A stretch of DNA of 64,000 nt from an uncultured Latescibacterota bacterium (GCA_951812755.1 OX638329.1:2982522-3046521), one strand, 5' to 3'. Shown: positions 10,178 through 20,047, numbered from the stretch's first letter. Translations and numbers: made by a program. Notes: generated by a model not told the origin, from the letters alone.

Positions 10178-12475
10178 CTACCACGCGCGGAGTCTGGACA
10201 ATTCTGTTTGCATGTGGCAAAGACGTGCGTAAATACCATCATAGGCGATGAGTTCGGCGTGTGATCCCATCTCGGCGAGTTCGCCTTTGTCGATGATAAA
10301 GAGGCGGTCTGCGTGTTTGAGCGTGGAAAGGCGATGGGCTATGGCAAAGGTCGTGCGCCCTTGCACGAGTCTGTAAAGGGCTTCCTGAATCTGCGATTCT
10401 GTCTCGGTATCCATGCTGGAGGTGGCTTCATCGAGAATTAGAATGCGTGGGTTTCTCAGGATCGCGCGCGCAATGGAGATGCGTTGCCTTTCGCCGCCCG
10501 AGAGCCGAACGCCGCGTTCACCTACGGGGGTGTCGTAGCTATCGGGCAGGCGGAGGATGAATTCGTGGGCATTGGCTGTTTTGGCGGCTGCGACGATTTC
10601 ATCGAGTGATGCGTCGGGGTTGCCGTATGCGATATTTTCGGCTATCGGACCATTGAACAGAAAGGGGTCTTGCAGAACGACGCCGATCTGATCGCGCAGG
10701 GATTTGAGGGTGACATTGCGGATATCGCGTCCGTCGATTAAAATTGCGCCTTCTTCGATATCGTAAAATCTGCAAATCAGGTTGATCAGGGTGCTTTTGC
10801 CCGCGCCAGAATGTCCGGCGAGGCCGATCATTTCGCCGGGTTCAACGGTAAAATTGAGGTTTTTGAGAACGGGTTTGCCGGGTTCGTAAGAAAATGTCAC
10901 GTCGTCAAATTGGATGCGTCCTTCAATTGAGGGCATTGGGTTCGCGCTGCGTCTGTCGGTTACGTCGGGCTGTGTGTCGAGCACTTCAAAGACGCGCTCG
11001 GCAGAAGACGCGGCCCGCTGGAAGCGGTGGTTGAGGCGGCAGAGGCTTTCAACCGGGCCATAAAAACGCCACATGTACTGTGTAAATGCCACAAAGTTAC
11101 CCAATGTCAATGCGCCGTCGAGAACCGAGGATCCGCCCACGAGCCATATAATCAGTGTTCCCATAGACGTAATAAAAGCCATGACGGGGCCGAAGATGCT
11201 GCGAATGCCCGCAATTTTGATTTCACCCTTGAGGAGGTCTTCGCTGCGCGTCTGAAATTTACCCACTTCGCGGTCTTCCTGTGCAAAGGCTTTGACCACG
11301 CGCACGCCGGGAATGGTGTCGGCCAAGAGCGCGCTGATGGCAGCCCAACGCCGAAAGAGACCGCGGTAGGTGCGATGCAGGCGGTGACCAAATTTGAGGG
11401 TTGCAATAATCAGAAGGGGCGTGGGGATTAAAACGAGGGTGGCGAGTTTGACATTGAGCGTAAAGAGAATGCCGCATATAATGGCGATGGTGACGATGTC
11501 GCGGATAATTTCTTGCAGGCCATCGCTGATAAAATCCTGCAGGCGGCCCACATCCTGGGTGATGCTGGCCATAATGGTGCCGGTTTCGCGCTCGTTGTAG
11601 AAGCTGAGAGAATGGCGGTGGAGATGCCGATAGACCTCATTTCTGAGGTTATAGGTGATTTTCTGTCCAAGAACGGATAAAATATACGAGCGTATGGCGC
11701 GAAGACCCGATTGTGAGAGGTTGATCAGCAGGAGCAGGCCCACGAGGAAATAGAGGATTTCGTATCCGGTTGGCACCCCAAATATGCTGTTTGTGATGTC
11801 GCGGAAGAAGGTCGTTTCATAATTTGCAGAAGGTGCGAGTACGCCATCGATGAGGTCGCGCATCAAAAGCGGTGGGGTAAGGCCAATGAATGTCGAGGTG
11901 AGGAGCAGGACAAGACTCAGGGTTCCGAGTTTCCAGAAGGGACGCGCATAGGCGAGCAAGCGATACAGCAGTTTGCGGGTGTCGAGACAGTTGGTGCAGA
12001 CTCCCACCCTGCGCGAAATAATTGTGCCGCACACGTCACACCGTCTGCCCGAAATCGCGCGCCCAAGTTGGCCTTTGGCGATTTTGTCTTCGGTTTTACG
12101 CGCGTCTTTTACAAGGGTTTCAAGTTGGTGCGTTATCCGATTGAATTTCTGGTTCTGACCTTTGGTAAATCGCGCGAGGGTGGCGCCTGTGGTTCCGGTG
12201 CGGACTTTGAGCAAGCTGTTGCCAAACAGGTCTTTGACTTCGAGATTGGTAATTTCTGAAAGTGGGATGCGCTCTGTGTGTGGTGTCGAGTCGCCGTTGG
12301 GGCTAATTGCGAACAAGTGTTTGTCTGTGGCGAGGAGATAAGCAGTTCCGTACGTACCATCGAGACAAATGTCGGTACTGGCCGATAATTGGACGGTTTC
12401 GTGCGATGGGATAAGGCCATCTAAAATGTGCTGCGGAGGGATTTCCAGAAGATTTATCTCGGAACCGTTTGCCAC
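10178..12475 (-). CDS. ABC exporter, fused permease/ATPase with extra N-terminal domain
   Basis: 765 aa; Walker A 'GHSGAGKST', signature 'LSGGERQRISIARA', Walker B 'ILILDEAT'; six-TM core; about 170 extra N-terminal residues with 'CDVCG...CTNC'. Confidence 0.85.
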   Translation of the reverse strand: MANGSEINLLEIPPQHILDGLIPSHETVQLSASTDICLDGTYGTAYLLATDKHLFAISPNGDSTPHTERIPLSEITNLEVKDLFGNSLLKVRTGTTGATLARFTKGQNQKFNRITHQLETLVKDARKTEDKIAKGQLGRAISGRRCDVCGTIISRRVGVCTNCLDTRKLLYRLLAYARPFWKLGTLSLVLLLTSTFIGLTPPLLMRDLIDGVLAPSANYETTFFRDITNSIFGVPTGYEILYFLVGLLLLINLSQSGLRAIRSYILSVLGQKITYNLRNEVYRHLHRHSLSFYNERETGTIMASITQDVGRLQDFISDGLQEIIRDIVTIAIICGILFTLNVKLATLVLIPTPLLIIATLKFGHRLHRTYRGLFRRWAAISALLADTIPGVRVVKAFAQEDREVGKFQTRSEDLLKGEIKIAGIRSIFGPVMAFITSMGTLIIWLVGGSSVLDGALTLGNFVAFTQYMWRFYGPVESLCRLNHRFQRAASSAERVFEVLDTQPDVTDRRSANPMPSIEGRIQFDDVTFSYEPGKPVLKNLNFTVEPGEMIGLAGHSGAGKSTLINLICRFYDIEEGAILIDGRDIRNVTLKSLRDQIGVVLQDPFLFNGPIAENIAYGNPDASLDEIVAAAKTANAHEFILRLPDSYDTPVGERGVRLSGGERQRISIARAILRNPRILILDEATSSMDTETESQIQEALYRLVQGRTTFAIAHRLSTLKHADRLFIIDKGELAEMGSHAELIAYDGIYARLCHMQTELSRLRAW

Positions 12476-12562
12476 TGTTCAACTCCTGAGAAAAAGAAAG
12501 TGTTTACTTACTTATAAAGTTACTATAATTCGGTAAATGCGTCAAGACAAGATGGGAGTGGT

Positions 12563-12625
12563 ATCCGCAGAAAAAAACGCGAATAATTTGAGCGTTTTTC
12601 GCAGATGAACGCAGATAAAAAAAGG
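12563..12625. repeat. dispersed intergenic repeat, copy A
   Basis: 'CCGCAGAAAAAAACGCGAATAATTTGAGCGTTTTTCGCAGATGAACGCAGATAAAA' is near-identical to the reverse complement of 33569-33630. Confidence 0.6.
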
Positions 12626-12626
12626 A

Positions 12627-13364
12627 TCAAGCAGATTTGAAAATGCGACGCCACAGGGCGGGATGCTGAGACCGCTGCCAGGTTTTGAGACGCGATTGCC
12701 AGTCGTGTGGGCGTTCGGGCAGGAGGGGGAACCGCTTTTGTATGTATTCTCTCTGCGCTTCGATATCTACTTTGTCAATGGGTGCATAAGCTGGCAAAAG
12801 TGATCGGTTGACGAGTTGCCGCTTTTTGCTGGCTTCGATATTTTCGTGCGCGAGGCGCAGGTTTTCGAGGTAGTGGTATGTCAGGTCTCGCACCCGTGCA
12901 TTGTATTGTTTGCACAATTGGTCGAAGGTCCTGATGGTATCAAGGAGATCAGACGCGGGTGGTGTTTGCGTATTGGGGTGAAAGTCTTCTGGAAGTGCGT
13001 CCAGGCCGAGAGCTTCGCACATCTCTTTGTCATTGGAAAATGTGCGGATGAGTGTTTGCGCGAAGGGGCGAATTGCTTTTTGCAATGGCGCGATTTTTTC
13101 GGTCGCGTGTCGCAGGTGTTCTTCGGATTTTTTGAGGTATTCTTCCGCGTCTTTGCGCTCCTGGAGCTGTGCGGGAAGCACATTGTTGTCACGCAGGATT
13201 TTTCCCGCCATGCGATGTTCCGCATCGGGGCGGAAATACGCTTTTAAGTCGAGTGGCTTGCCTTTGCCGGGAATATCGGTATCGTCCGACACGGCATCGC
13301 GCAGCATTTCATCGGGCGTGCGCCTTTCGGGCTTTCCATCAGGCGTGCGTTTATATGATGGCAT
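12627..13364 (-). CDS. DUF1992-like protein (DnaJC28-like C-terminal domain), tentative
   Basis: 245 aa with 'IPGKGKPLDL' motif recalled for DUF1992. Confidence 0.4.
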   Translation of the reverse strand: MPSYKRTPDGKPERRTPDEMLRDAVSDDTDIPGKGKPLDLKAYFRPDAEHRMAGKILRDNNVLPAQLQERKDAEEYLKKSEEHLRHATEKIAPLQKAIRPFAQTLIRTFSNDKEMCEALGLDALPEDFHPNTQTPPASDLLDTIRTFDQLCKQYNARVRDLTYHYLENLRLAHENIEASKKRQLVNRSLLPAYAPIDKVDIEAQREYIQKRFPLLPERPHDWQSRLKTWQRSQHPALWRRIFKSA

Positions 13365-13402
13365 GGAGGTCTTTCCTTATGTTCCTGCACAGGAGCTTTT
13401 TG

Positions 13403-14086
13403 TCACTTCCAAAATCGACATCCAAAAGTAAAATTCACTGTGCCCGTTATTTGGTCGGCAACATCTTCGTTTCCTACCCGAAAAGGCATAAATTGAAAAC
13501 GGATTTCAGTGAAGAAACGAATATCTTTTTTGCGGGGGACAAATTCGCTGCCTACCCCAACTACGATGTTAAAATACAGGTCTGAGGATATATTTCGATG
13601 ATCGTTGGGACGAAAATGAAAGGCCCCCAGGCCAGCGTTCCAATACGGTGCAAATGACTTATTGGCTAAAATTTTATATCTAAATTCAAAGAGAAATGAA
13701 CTTAACCAACCTCCAGAATTAAATATACGGGATTCCCGGGTATTTTGCACATATCTTTGCGGCATGGAAAAGAAAGATCCGTATAAAACCAGATCTAATT
13801 TTTTATTCCCGATAAAGAACTCGCCGTTTACAGCTGGTCCCATCTGAGCACTGGCGAGATTGAAAGAGATATGGCAGACGTCACGAGGCTGGAAGTTATC
13901 AGATTGGAATAAGGCATCTAATAAGATATCTACAGGGTCGCATGGAAATTCGGTTTGGTTTATTATGGGAACTGAAACACCCGTCCCCAATCCAAATCCG
14001 ATATGGGCCTTTTGGCAATACGTGTTTGCAGGACAGCATATTGCGATCAATACTGCTAAAAGAATTTTTTTTATATTTGCGTACAT
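13403..14086 (-). CDS. outer-membrane beta-barrel protein, putative
   Basis: Signal peptide 'KKILLAVLIAICC', alternating aromatic/Gly strands, C-terminal '...FWK'; AT-richer than neighbours. Confidence 0.4.
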   Translation of the reverse strand: MYANIKKILLAVLIAICCPANTYCQKAHIGFGLGTGVSVPIINQTEFPCDPVDILLDALFQSDNFQPRDVCHISFNLASAQMGPAVNGEFFIGNKKLDLVLYGSFFSMPQRYVQNTRESRIFNSGGWLSSFLFEFRYKILANKSFAPYWNAGLGAFHFRPNDHRNISSDLYFNIVVGVGSEFVPRKKDIRFFTEIRFQFMPFRVGNEDVADQITGTVNFTFGCRFWK

Positions 14087-14333
14087 TCAATTTGTCTCAC
14101 TTCTTTACTATCATTCCGGACGACTATCTATTGTGATAACATCAAAATCCGTGCCTATTCGCCCGAGCGTGGGACAAGGTGTTGGTTTTTAAGAATTAAG
14201 TCATTTATTTATAGATAGTTAAATTTTCTGTCAGTGTAGAGCATTCCACTGTCGATAGTTTCGTGGTGTGGCATAAAAACCACACCTGTGGTCATTTTGC
14301 TACGTTTATTTTTTGTCATAGGAGAGATTTCAC

Positions 14334-15365
14334 ATGATCATTACACATGTTCGCGCAGTGCAGCCCGAAGCAGATCGCGCACCGGCAGGTTGGCGCGGAG
14401 ATATTGGGCAGATTCTGGTGCGGATTGATACGGATGATGGGTTGTCGGGATACGGCGTTGGCGGGGGTGGTGCGGCGGGTATTCACGTGGTTCAGACGGT
14501 GTTGCGCGAGGTGTTAATTGGCGCGAATGCCGGGGATGTCGAAGGGTTATGGGATGCGATGTATCGCCATACCGCGGCTTATGGTCGCAAGGGGATTGCG
14601 ATGATGGCGATTAGTGGTGTGGATTTGGCATTGTGGGATTTGCGGGGTAAGCGGGCGAATAAACCACTTGTCGAAGTATTGGGGGGCACGCGCATGGCGG
14701 TGCCGTCGTATCGCACGGGGTGGTCGCGAGATGGACTTGAGGGCGCGCTCGCATTGGGCTATAAGGCATTAAAATTTGGCATTGGTGGGATGGATCCCCA
14801 CAGTGAATTGGATGCCATAGCCGATTTTTTTGCAGATGTGCGGTCGGTCGTGGGTGATGATATTCAACTGATGTGCGATGCGTCAATGGGGTGGGATGTG
14901 GAGGGCACGTTGCGCGCTGCGGATCGGTTGGTCAAGTTCAATTTGGCATGGTTGGAAGAGCCGCTTTTGCCAGAGGATTTTGACGGCTATGAACGGTTGA
15001 TGCGCGAGAGTCCTATTCCAATTGCAAGTGGCGAGCACGAATATACGGCGCGTGGATTTGAGGATCTGATGCAGCGGGGATTACACGCTATTTATCAGCC
15101 CGATGTGTGCTGGTGCGGTGGGTTGACAGAGTTGGTGAAAATTTACAGGTTGGCGAAGGAGTACGATGTCGAGGTATGCCCGCATCGTGGAGGAGAGGTG
15201 TGGGCACTGCACGCGATTGTCGCGCTCGATCCCGATCCACTGGCCGAAAGTGGACGCCCCTGGATGACATGGGTGCGCGATCAGCCGGAAGTTATGGATG
15301 GCAAAATCGCGCCAGGTGAGGGACCGGGTTTTGGGGTGTGGTTCGATGATGACTTGTGGGGATAG
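14334..15365 (+). CDS. enolase-superfamily enzyme (mandelate racemase / muconate lactonizing family)
   Basis: 343 aa; RBS AGGAGA before ATG 14334; MR/MLE-like N-terminal capping and barrel segments. Confidence 0.75.
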   Translation: MIITHVRAVQPEADRAPAGWRGDIGQILVRIDTDDGLSGYGVGGGGAAGIHVVQTVLREVLIGANAGDVEGLWDAMYRHTAAYGRKGIAMMAISGVDLALWDLRGKRANKPLVEVLGGTRMAVPSYRTGWSRDGLEGALALGYKALKFGIGGMDPHSELDAIADFFADVRSVVGDDIQLMCDASMGWDVEGTLRAADRLVKFNLAWLEEPLLPEDFDGYERLMRESPIPIASGEHEYTARGFEDLMQRGLHAIYQPDVCWCGGLTELVKIYRLAKEYDVEVCPHRGGEVWALHAIVALDPDPLAESGRPWMTWVRDQPEVMDGKIAPGEGPGFGVWFDDDLWG

Positions 15366-15399
15366 TGAGATTCAATGCCCCGAGATTGAAGGCGGTTTG

Positions 15400-15428
15400 T
15401 TGACACTCTTTTGGATTCGGGCTATATT
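15400..15428 (+). promoter_or_regulatory. near-consensus sigma70 promoter (-35 TTGACA, 17-nt spacer, -10 TATATT) for the MNT/HEPN pair
   Basis: TTGACA at 15400-15405, TATATT at 15423-15428. Confidence 0.45.
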
Positions 15429-15470
15429 GCTCGAAAGATCATGCTCATTTGTGAAACAAGGGATAGCCTG

Positions 15471-15845
15471 ATGGCACATTTTTTAGATACAACAAACACT
15501 GTCATTTCTGAAGCAATTATCAATCAGATTGTGCAAAAAATCGTGGATCATATCAATCCATTGAAAGTGATTTTGTTTGGATCTTATGCCAGGGGAACGC
15601 CTGCGAAAGATAGCGATCTGGATTTATTTGTGGTTGTCGAGTCGAACTTGCCCCGTCATAAACGGTCCGCAAAAATCCGTCTGCTGTTTGCACCGGCCCC
15701 TTGTCCTCTGGATATTCTGGTTTACACACCACAGGAAGTCGAAAGCTATTCAGGAGTGGTCAATCATATTGTGACAGATGTAATGACAACGGGAAAGATA
15801 TTGTATGAGCGATCCCCAGACGGAGTTTGCGCGCCAGTGGCTTAA
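15471..15845 (+). CDS. nucleotidyltransferase (MNT-type, antitoxin-like)
   Basis: 'VILFGSYARGTPAKDSDLDLFVV' is the Pol-beta NTase motif (GS...D.D); start set to ATG 15471. Confidence 0.7.
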   Translation: MAHFLDTTNTVISEAIINQIVQKIVDHINPLKVILFGSYARGTPAKDSDLDLFVVVESNLPRHKRSAKIRLLFAPAPCPLDILVYTPQEVESYSGVVNHIVTDVMTTGKILYERSPDGVCAPVA

Positions 15846-16200
15846 AAAAGCTGAAAATGATGTGATCACGGCGCGGCAAACCTTGGCATTAGAAGATGGT
15901 CCAACCGACACGCCGTGTTTTCATGCCCAGCAGGCAGTTGAAAAGTCTCTAAAAGCACTGTTGACAGCAAATGGTATTGTGTTTCCTTACACCCATGATG
16001 TGATTGCGTTGTTGGATATGTCCACTGTTTTACTGGCTGAACTGGCATGCTTTCGGGAAGCGTGTGCAGAGCTTTCGCCTTATGGTGTTGATGTGCGCTA
16101 TCCCGGCGATTTTGCGGATCCATCTCGGGAAGACGCCCATTCTACTCTGAAGGTCGCTGAAAAAATTATGTCTCTTGTAAAAAATAAAGTTGGTGAATAG
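15805..16200 (+). CDS. HEPN domain protein (toxin-like partner of MNT)
   Basis: 131 aa helical protein overlapping the MNT gene 3' end by 41 bp. Confidence 0.65.
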   Translation: MSDPQTEFARQWLKKAENDVITARQTLALEDGPTDTPCFHAQQAVEKSLKALLTANGIVFPYTHDVIALLDMSTVLLAELACFREACAELSPYGVDVRYPGDFADPSREDAHSTLKVAEKIMSLVKNKVGE

Positions 16201-16371
16201 ATTACCAGCCAATGGACCAGAACATAGCTTAGCCCGGTATCTCGGCGGGAGGTCTAAAACGTGACCGGCTTTTTCAACTGTATGTGGACAGATGTCTAAA
16301 ATATCCCTGCTCCTGAACCTTCGCAAGCTTCACGCGAAGTTATGGGAACGACCACTAGATTCAGTAATAAC

Positions 16372-16402
16372 GCCATCGGCAAATCGCCGATGGCATTTTT
16401 TT
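16372..16402 (+). terminator. rho-independent terminator after the HEPN gene
   Basis: Stem GCCATCGGC/GCCGATGGC, 5-nt loop, then ATTTTTTT. Confidence 0.5.
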
Positions 16403-16439
16403 AGGGTTCGAAATTTTCACGGAAGGTGTTCTAAATCGT

Positions 16440-16559
16440 CGTGGCTCGTGGATAACCGTAATAACCGACAGCATAGCCACCAATCAAGAGATATTCAACG
16501 CCATGTGCGTTGAGCAACTTCAAGAATTCTTTGAAGTCGTCTGGTAGCGTGATTTCCAT
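16440..16559 (-). pseudogene. truncated nucleotidyltransferase-like gene remnant
   Basis: Frame from ATG 16559 gives 'MEITLPDDFKEFLKLLNAHGVEYLLIGGYAVGYYGYPRAT' then stop; overlaps the 83-aa ORF 16495..16746 in another frame. Confidence 0.25.
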
Positions 16560-16757
16560 AATTGATCCGACGAAGAATTTCGATTTGTTTCAGGCGTTCG
16601 CGAGGTGTTTGAGTAAGCCAATATGTACGTTCTTCCGACGTGTCGGAAAGTGAGCCTATAGCGAGTGCTGTTCTATCCAGCTTTAGAGGGATGTGATGCT
16701 TTGCCATTCGTCTATCTCCATCCAAGAGCATTGATGGACAATCCATCGATGCTCTTG

Positions 16758-18641
16758 TTATTTTTCAAAAAACGCTTTGCGTTGTGAGGTCACATCTTCG
16801 ATGGGAATGGGTTTGGAGAGGCCGACTTTGAAGGCGAGCATCCACATGACGAAGATGCCAAAGAGCAGCATGAGGATCTGCCAGACCCAGAGCGAGGGCA
16901 AACCAAAAGGTGCCCATGTAGCCGGGGTATTGGGGTCGGAAAAAAGAGTGTTGCCAACCGTGGCAAATGGCCCAAATCCAACGAGGAACCACACTACGGT
17001 GAGGATCCACGCCGGTGTCACCCATTTCTTCTGGTTTTCGGTGAGGCCAGAGACAGCCTGGATAAAAGCGTGGTGTTTTTGGCGTTTTTCGCGTTCTCCG
17101 TTGTTTTCTGATGCAAATTTCGAGACAAGCAGGGCAATGATCAAATTGGCGAAGATACCCCAGCCCGCGCTGTGAATGGTGAGGGGGAACGCGCCCCAGG
17201 GAAGCCCAAATACGGCCACTGTGCGATCGGTCAGGGTGACGGCGACCAGGCCAGCAACAAGGCCCCAGACCACGCCTTTGCGGGTGAGCCAGGGAAAGTA
17301 GCACACGCCCATGAGAGCCGGGTACATCTGGAAGCCGTAAGCAACGGCCAGGCCACCGAGCATAACGATAGCGCCGGTGAATTGCGCGGCGACGAATAGT
17401 GCGACCACTGTGACGACGATGACGAAGATGCGTCCACAGAGTTTTTGTACGCTGTCCGATGCGTCGGGGGAGACGTATTGTTTGTAGAGGTCGCGGGTGA
17501 CCATGCCCGAGAAGGTGGACATGTAGGCTGCTCCGGTGGATTGCATTGCTGCGAGGGCACAGACTGCGAGCAGACCAACGAGCCAGGGCGCCGAGTCGGT
17601 GAGCAGGTTGATGAGTTGGGGAACGAGGTTTTTGTCATCGGCAGATTCAAAGATGCCGTTTGCGATAAGGATATTGCCCCCAATACCCTGAAAGATCGTG
17701 AAAGAAAATAGGATGATGCCTATGATAATAGAGGATGCCACCACTTGCTGCCAGCGGAAAGGTTCGCTGGTTTTGTTGGAGAAGCACCACATGGAAAAGG
17801 CGGGTGAGGATTGGATGCCCATGAGCGCGAACATGTAGGTGAGGCACATCATGCCAGTCCACACGCTGCCCTGTGCTTCGGCGCCTGAGGATACGGCCTG
17901 GATAGTTCCCGGCATAGCGACAATATTTGAGTGACCGGCGGGGGTGAGTTTTTGACCCGATGCGAGGTCTTGTTTGACATAATCTGCCAGGCCATCGGTA
18001 AACCCGCCCCAACCTCCTGCAAAGCTGATGGCGATGCCACCGAGGATGACAATGCCGAGGGCGAGCAAGACGCATTGGGCGCAATCGACATAGGCAACGG
18101 ATCGAAGACCGCCGGAGGCGACGTAGATCATAACAATGGCGGAGAGGGCAAACATGCCCATTTCAATGCCGATCATGCCATCGGTGAGTACGTGGAAGAG
18201 GTCGCCAGAGGCGCGGAGTTGTACGCCGAGATAGGGAACTGAAAAGAGGAAGGCGACGAGAACCGTGAGCAGGCGCATGCCATTGCCACCGTAGTAGGTG
18301 GAGTACATTTCGCCAGGGGTAATGTGTTCAAAGGCTCGCCCTACGACCCATTGGCGGCGCAAAAAGAGCACGCCAGTAAAGGGAATTGTGAGGGCGTAGA
18401 AGGAAGCGAACGCATAGGGCAGGCCATCGATGAGGATTTTGCCGGGGTGTCCTACAAAGGTCCAGCCGGAAAAGCTGGTGGCGGTGGCCGCAAGAACAAA
18501 TACCCATAAGCCAATGGTGCGTCCGGCCACGAAGTAGTCGGTCGATGTGCGTGAAGATATAGCACCTCTGACACCCCAAAAGAGGCAATAAGCCCAGTAA
18601 AGTCCCACAAAAGCAAAAAGCCAGATTAGTTTAGCGTCCAC
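16758..18641 (-). CDS. sodium:solute symporter family transporter
   Basis: 627 aa polytopic protein with SSF-like N-terminal segments. Confidence 0.8.
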   Translation of the reverse strand: MDAKLIWLFAFVGLYWAYCLFWGVRGAISSRTSTDYFVAGRTIGLWVFVLAATATSFSGWTFVGHPGKILIDGLPYAFASFYALTIPFTGVLFLRRQWVVGRAFEHITPGEMYSTYYGGNGMRLLTVLVAFLFSVPYLGVQLRASGDLFHVLTDGMIGIEMGMFALSAIVMIYVASGGLRSVAYVDCAQCVLLALGIVILGGIAISFAGGWGGFTDGLADYVKQDLASGQKLTPAGHSNIVAMPGTIQAVSSGAEAQGSVWTGMMCLTYMFALMGIQSSPAFSMWCFSNKTSEPFRWQQVVASSIIIGIILFSFTIFQGIGGNILIANGIFESADDKNLVPQLINLLTDSAPWLVGLLAVCALAAMQSTGAAYMSTFSGMVTRDLYKQYVSPDASDSVQKLCGRIFVIVVTVVALFVAAQFTGAIVMLGGLAVAYGFQMYPALMGVCYFPWLTRKGVVWGLVAGLVAVTLTDRTVAVFGLPWGAFPLTIHSAGWGIFANLIIALLVSKFASENNGEREKRQKHHAFIQAVSGLTENQKKWVTPAWILTVVWFLVGFGPFATVGNTLFSDPNTPATWAPFGLPSLWVWQILMLLFGIFVMWMLAFKVGLSKPIPIEDVTSQRKAFFEK

Positions 18642-18769
18642 AAAAATTCTCCCTATTGTGAGCCATGTTCCCGAAGCCCGATCAAAAGATGCGGTTATGT
18701 GCTCACATCATACGTTCTGATGTGAAAAATGGCAAATGGATATTGAGGCTCTATGAACCTCATTTTGAT

Positions 18770-20047
18770 CTACCAGGCGACCATTGCATCTTTGAACAGG
18801 CTCTCCAGGTCTTCGGATTCTGCGGGACGCGGTGAGAGTTTGGTGACGCGGTGTTGGGGGAGGGTGCCTTCGACGAGTGCGGGGATGTCGCTTTCGGTAA
18901 ATCCGATGGCTGACAGGCCATTAGGCACTTCGAGCAGTTTCATCATGGCGACGATTTGATCGGCGAGGATGTGGCCCGCTTCGCTGGGAGATGTATTGGA
19001 GATATCAGCACCCATGATCTGTGCAGCTCGAAGGTGACGGTCTGGGCGCGCGGGTCCTGTGAAGCGAAAGACGGGAGGGGCGTTGAGGACGACAGACATG
19101 CCGTGTGGGATGATGGCGTGGTCCGTGGTCATCCCCCTGGGTTTGAAGTCTCGCACCATACCCGAGACGGGATACGACATGCCGTGGCAGAGGTGAACGC
19201 CTGCATTGCCAAAGCCGATGCCTGCGAGCGATGCGGCGAGGATCATTTGCGCGCGGGCTTCGTCGTCGTCGGGGTTGCGAACTGCGCGGGGCAAATACTG
19301 CGTGGTCATTTCTATGGCTTTGAGTGCCCACATGTCGGAAATGGGATTGGCGCCCTGATAGGCGGGGCGTTCGAGCGGGCGGTTGGGTCTGGGGCGTTCG
19401 GTATAGGGGATGGCGGTGAAGGATTCGAGGGCGTGGCAAAGGACGTCGAGGCCGGTTGCCGCCGCGATAGAAGGCGGCATGGTGCGCGTGTTTTCGGGAT
19501 CGACAATGGCGAGGTCGGGTTTGAGATAGCGGTGTGCAATGCCGGTTTTGACATGGCGGTCGGAGAGGTCCATAATGGCTACGCCCGTGGTTTCGCTTCC
19601 CGTGCCGGCTGTAGTGGGAATGGCAAAGAGGGGTTTGACGGGGCCGGGGACGGGTTTGCCCTGGCCGATGGGCGCGTTGATATAGGCGAAGAAGTCGTCG
19701 GGATAGGTTGCAAATAGATTGGCTGCTTTTGCCGTGTCGATAGATGAACCTCCCCCAATGGCGACATAGCCTTCGTAAGCGCCTTCGGTGGCGACTGCGA
19801 TGGCGTCTTTGAAAGAGACATCTGTGGGTTCCACGCGTACGCGATCGAACAAATCGTATTCTATGCCTTCGGATTCCAGGCTCTCTCTCGCGGTTTGAAC
19901 GGGGGGGAGATCGACGAGATTGGGGTCGGTGATGACGAGGACGCGCTTGAGGCCCATGTCGGAAAGGTCCATGCCGATCTCGCGCGTTGTTCCCACCCCA
20001 AAGCGCAGGTTTGAGGCACCCATTTGAAAGGCGGTGTCTTTGTTCAT
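18770..20047 (-). CDS. iron-containing alcohol dehydrogenase family protein
   Basis: 'GGGSSIDTAKA' NAD-binding motif and Fe-ADH-like His-rich region. Confidence 0.85.
   Translation of the reverse strand: MNKDTAFQMGASNLRFGVGTTREIGMDLSDMGLKRVLVITDPNLVDLPPVQTARESLESEGIEYDLFDRVRVEPTDVSFKDAIAVATEGAYEGYVAIGGGSSIDTAKAANLFATYPDDFFAYINAPIGQGKPVPGPVKPLFAIPTTAGTGSETTGVAIMDLSDRHVKTGIAHRYLKPDLAIVDPENTRTMPPSIAAATGLDVLCHALESFTAIPYTERPRPNRPLERPAYQGANPISDMWALKAIEMTTQYLPRAVRNPDDDEARAQMILAASLAGIGFGNAGVHLCHGMSYPVSGMVRDFKPRGMTTDHAIIPHGMSVVLNAPPVFRFTGPARPDRHLRAAQIMGADISNTSPSEAGHILADQIVAMMKLLEVPNGLSAIGFTESDIPALVEGTLPQHRVTKLSPRPAESEDLESLFKDAMVAW

Noticed and set aside
16765-18084. Minus-strand ORFs 16765..17304, 17231..17683, 17647..18084
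   Set aside because: Alternative frames of the sodium:solute symporter gene; Pro/Arg/Ser-rich, not protein-like.
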